Shown in pieces: positions 61,495 to 64,000 of a stretch of 64,000 nt of DNA. The notes under the pieces are model-generated. The model was not told the origin of the DNA. It saw nothing but the letters and a program-made list of their open reading frames with translations, and ran no database searches. Position numbers and translations under genes: made by a program. Within the stretch, counting starts at the first letter, position 1. Each line of letters opens with the position of its first letter. The stretch spans positions 20,460,001 to 20,524,000 of the forward strand of contig CM052825.1 of the NCBI GenBank assembly GCA_028534125.1, in the 5' to 3' direction. The stretch is from Lama glama. Taxonomy: Eukaryota.

Positions 61495-62700
61495 TTCCAA
61501 AGAAGAAATGAAGAGAGTGACAAGCACTGAAAATAGGCAAAGAACACATGGACCATAGGAAGTTTTGCAGATGAAACCCAAAGCAAGGGAACCAAAGAAA
61601 GCCTAAAAACCAAAGAAATACTAAGGAAACATTCTTGAAATTAAAAAAATAATCATTTGAAGTTACATTTTGAAAGAGCACAATGCACACATGAGATCAT
61701 TGACCCAAAATGACCACAGTCACGACATATTCTATTCTGGTCTGGGATTTAAAAAAAAAAATCCTCTTGGCATCTCACAAAAAGAGCATGTGACTTTTAA
61801 GGGAAAGAAAATTAGATTATTATTAGGCATTGAAAGCCATGCTTTATGTCAGAAGAAAATTGAGTAATATATTTAAGATACTCAAAAAAGAGAGCGCCAG
61901 AGATTTTATGTGCAGCAAAATTGATTTTTTAAGTACAAAGGGCTTAGACAAACTTATTAAAACACAAGAACTCGAGAAATATTGTTCCCACAAGCCCCTT
62001 CTGAGTAATCTACCATGGACTGAGTTTCAGACAACCAAAAATAACGGAAGACCGGTGACATCATGATGGCTAATGAGCATTAAACAAACAACAACTGAGA
62101 CAGAGAGAACTAAGACAGATGAGAACATAGGAGGAAGAGAATTATGAAGTAGCCGTGTGCTCTAGCAATGCATAGACAGCACGATTATTAAGAATGGGGG
62201 TGCTCTTTATAAGTCTGTCAAAATTTATAGACCTGTGCACCTACAACAGGCAACTTTTGCTATATGTAGGTTTTATCTCAATAAACTGGGAATGAAGGAG
62301 GGGGATGAGAAAAACATATAGCAAAATTTTTAACATTTTCAACTATCATAATGGTGGTATTAGTATTATTATTCCAATACTGTTTTGTGTTTAAAATTGG
62401 ATAAAAGCAGATGAAAAATGATGGTGTACTCTAATTCTGTCACCCCCCTGTGCCCTTGAAAACCAGTATTCTTGGAATGGAAGGGCATACACATTGATGT
62501 AACGAGAACAGGTTAAATAAAAGACTTGATTTAAAACTGGACTCATTAATATCAATTCATGAGGTATCTTATGATTTATTTTCTGAAAACTCCTAAGAAC
62601 AACCAACTCAGTAGCAATGAACATCCCTAATGCCAAACTGATACTACTGTCTGTATTCAAACAGAAACCCAGTAACCAGTGTGGAGCAGGCTCTACGGAT
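61495..62700 (+). mobile_element. L1-ORF1-like (Transposase_22) remnant followed directly by 3'-UTR-like sequence: HAL1 or L1MC4a/5-type
   Basis: Peptides QKEHVTFKGKKIRL and AMLYVRRKLSNIFKILKK...QELEKYCSHKPLL match the ORF1p RRM/CTD; no ORF2 follows. Confidence 0.7.
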
Positions 62701-63859
62701 TACAAAAATTGATCAAGCACTCCTAAGTCTTGATAGTAGAACGCAATTGAATAGGCAGCATTTGATTCAATAAGGAAAACACACAAACATATGCACATGT
62801 ATAACTTTCCTTACTTCCCTTATCTTAGAAAGTGGAACAGAGAGGAGTGATAATCATCCTGCAAGTTCGCATTTGATACAGGGATATGTTTCCTTGGGTT
62901 GGGACTAGGTTCACTTGGATAGCCTCTTGGTCTATTGGCCCCAGAAGTTAGAAATGCAGAGAACATCACTGGGCATCCACAAGCTGCTTGGTTCAGAGTA
63001 CACATCTGCTTACTGGCTGAAGAATGGGTGAAGAACAGGATGTGGGGAGATGGCCCTATCCACATCTCTAAAACCTCCTCATCAATGGGAAAAGTATCAA
63101 TAAATGCTCTGGTCCTTAGCACCAGCTAACACACAGCTGCTTCCTAACACAAGCTAACACTAGATAATGCTAGATCAGAATCTTTTCTAAGATTTATTAA
63201 TCTTGGTTCCCCGGAACCACCTTTTGCTGTTTTTTCCTGGATCAGTGCCAGAAAGAGATCATTGGTCTTGTATGCCTCTCTGCTTATGATTACTTTAATT
63301 AATGGCCTCATTGCTCTTCTCTTTCACTGAATCTTGTCCAGGCCCACTCCAGTCCTCTCCAGTAAGGCTTTGTAAGTAAAATAATCAGTGGCAAGTGTTG
63401 TGAGAATGCTAGCCTCTTCCCTCCCAGAAAGCCCTTGGTTTCCATATGCAAAGTAGCCTTCTTCTCTTTGCAAAGAGGAGTGTATTGGTAGCTTCTCTAA
63501 GTTAAACCAAAGGCCTCATCATAATAGTGCTCAAATCTGAGTCCGTCTGGAATATATCTGCATATTAAAGAGAGAGCATACACATTTGCTCTAAATTGAC
63601 CTTCTATCCCCACCAGAACGAAGAGCAGCTGGCAGCTTCTTTAGCTAAAGAAGGAAAAAATCTGGTTTGGCTATTCCACTCCACAAGGACATAGCATAAA
63701 CCTATTGTCAGAATCGGACTTCCACTAATAAGGCTTATGGATAAAAACTGAAAATGTATATGCAAATGTCTCACTAGAAGTTTTGTAGGACATTCCTCCT
63801 TTCTATAAGAAGTCCCTCCTCCTGTCCCTTCCTGCATGCATCTTTTCTAAACCCCAGTC

Positions 63860-64000
63860 CCCATAATCACCAACAGCTATGGGGCCAGATATTTAGAACC
63901 TCAAATCTAAAGAAAAAAGGTAACTTTTCCTACCAGTTTTCCATATGAAAATTTTAAATTAGGTTTCTGATTGGTCTGACTTGGGTCCAATCAGTGTAAT
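63860..64000 (-). mobile_element. MLT1-type LTR fragment running off the window end
   Basis: tttctgattggtctgacttgggtccaatca. Confidence 0.45.

Noticed and set aside
1-64000. The many short ORFs in the six-frame track as protein-coding genes
   Set aside because: All are 156 aa or shorter, many start at non-ATG codons, and they lie in repeats or low-complexity DNA. The only ones I recognise are L1 ORF1/ORF2 remnants. No chain of in-phase exons could be built.
1-64000. Prokaryotic systems (CRISPR arrays, operons, defence islands, prophage)
   Set aside because: The sequence is mammalian; there is no repeat-spacer array or gene-dense region.

Overview
This is mammalian (eutherian) genomic DNA, not prokaryotic. 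A tRNA-derived SINE at 39952-40062 resembles the camelid vic-1 family, and the younger L1 3' UTRs look artiodactyl, so the source is most likely a camelid (alpaca, llama or camel). The window is intergenic or deep-intronic. I found no supportable protein-coding gene, RNA gene or CpG island; every ORF in the track that resembles a known protein is an L1 ORF1/ORF2 remnant. Roughly half of the sequence is recognisable interspersed repeat: L1s of several ages (some with clean TSDs), L2, MIR, MaLR LTRs (MLT1A/C/D/F/H/K-type), a MER21-type LTR, two solo ERV1-type LTRs of one family, and DNA-transposon MITEs (MER5, MER8, MER20, MER58, MER63, MER102 types). Family names come from recalled consensus sequences and need RepeatMasker/Dfam confirmation; boundaries of old elements are approximate. 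Several repeat-free blocks are rich in homeodomain, POU, FOX and MEIS motifs and look like developmental enhancers. The most notable observations: (1) two L1 N-runs match, base for base, the length of the equivalent segment in an unmasked L1 copy in this window, so they are masks rather than assembly gaps, and the non-repeat N-run at 19115-19254 may hide a highly conserved element; (2) a possible orphan terminal exon on the minus strand at about 52190-52413; (3) a three-level LTR nest; (4) a tandem E-box triplet inside an old L1. I found no convincing new biological system.
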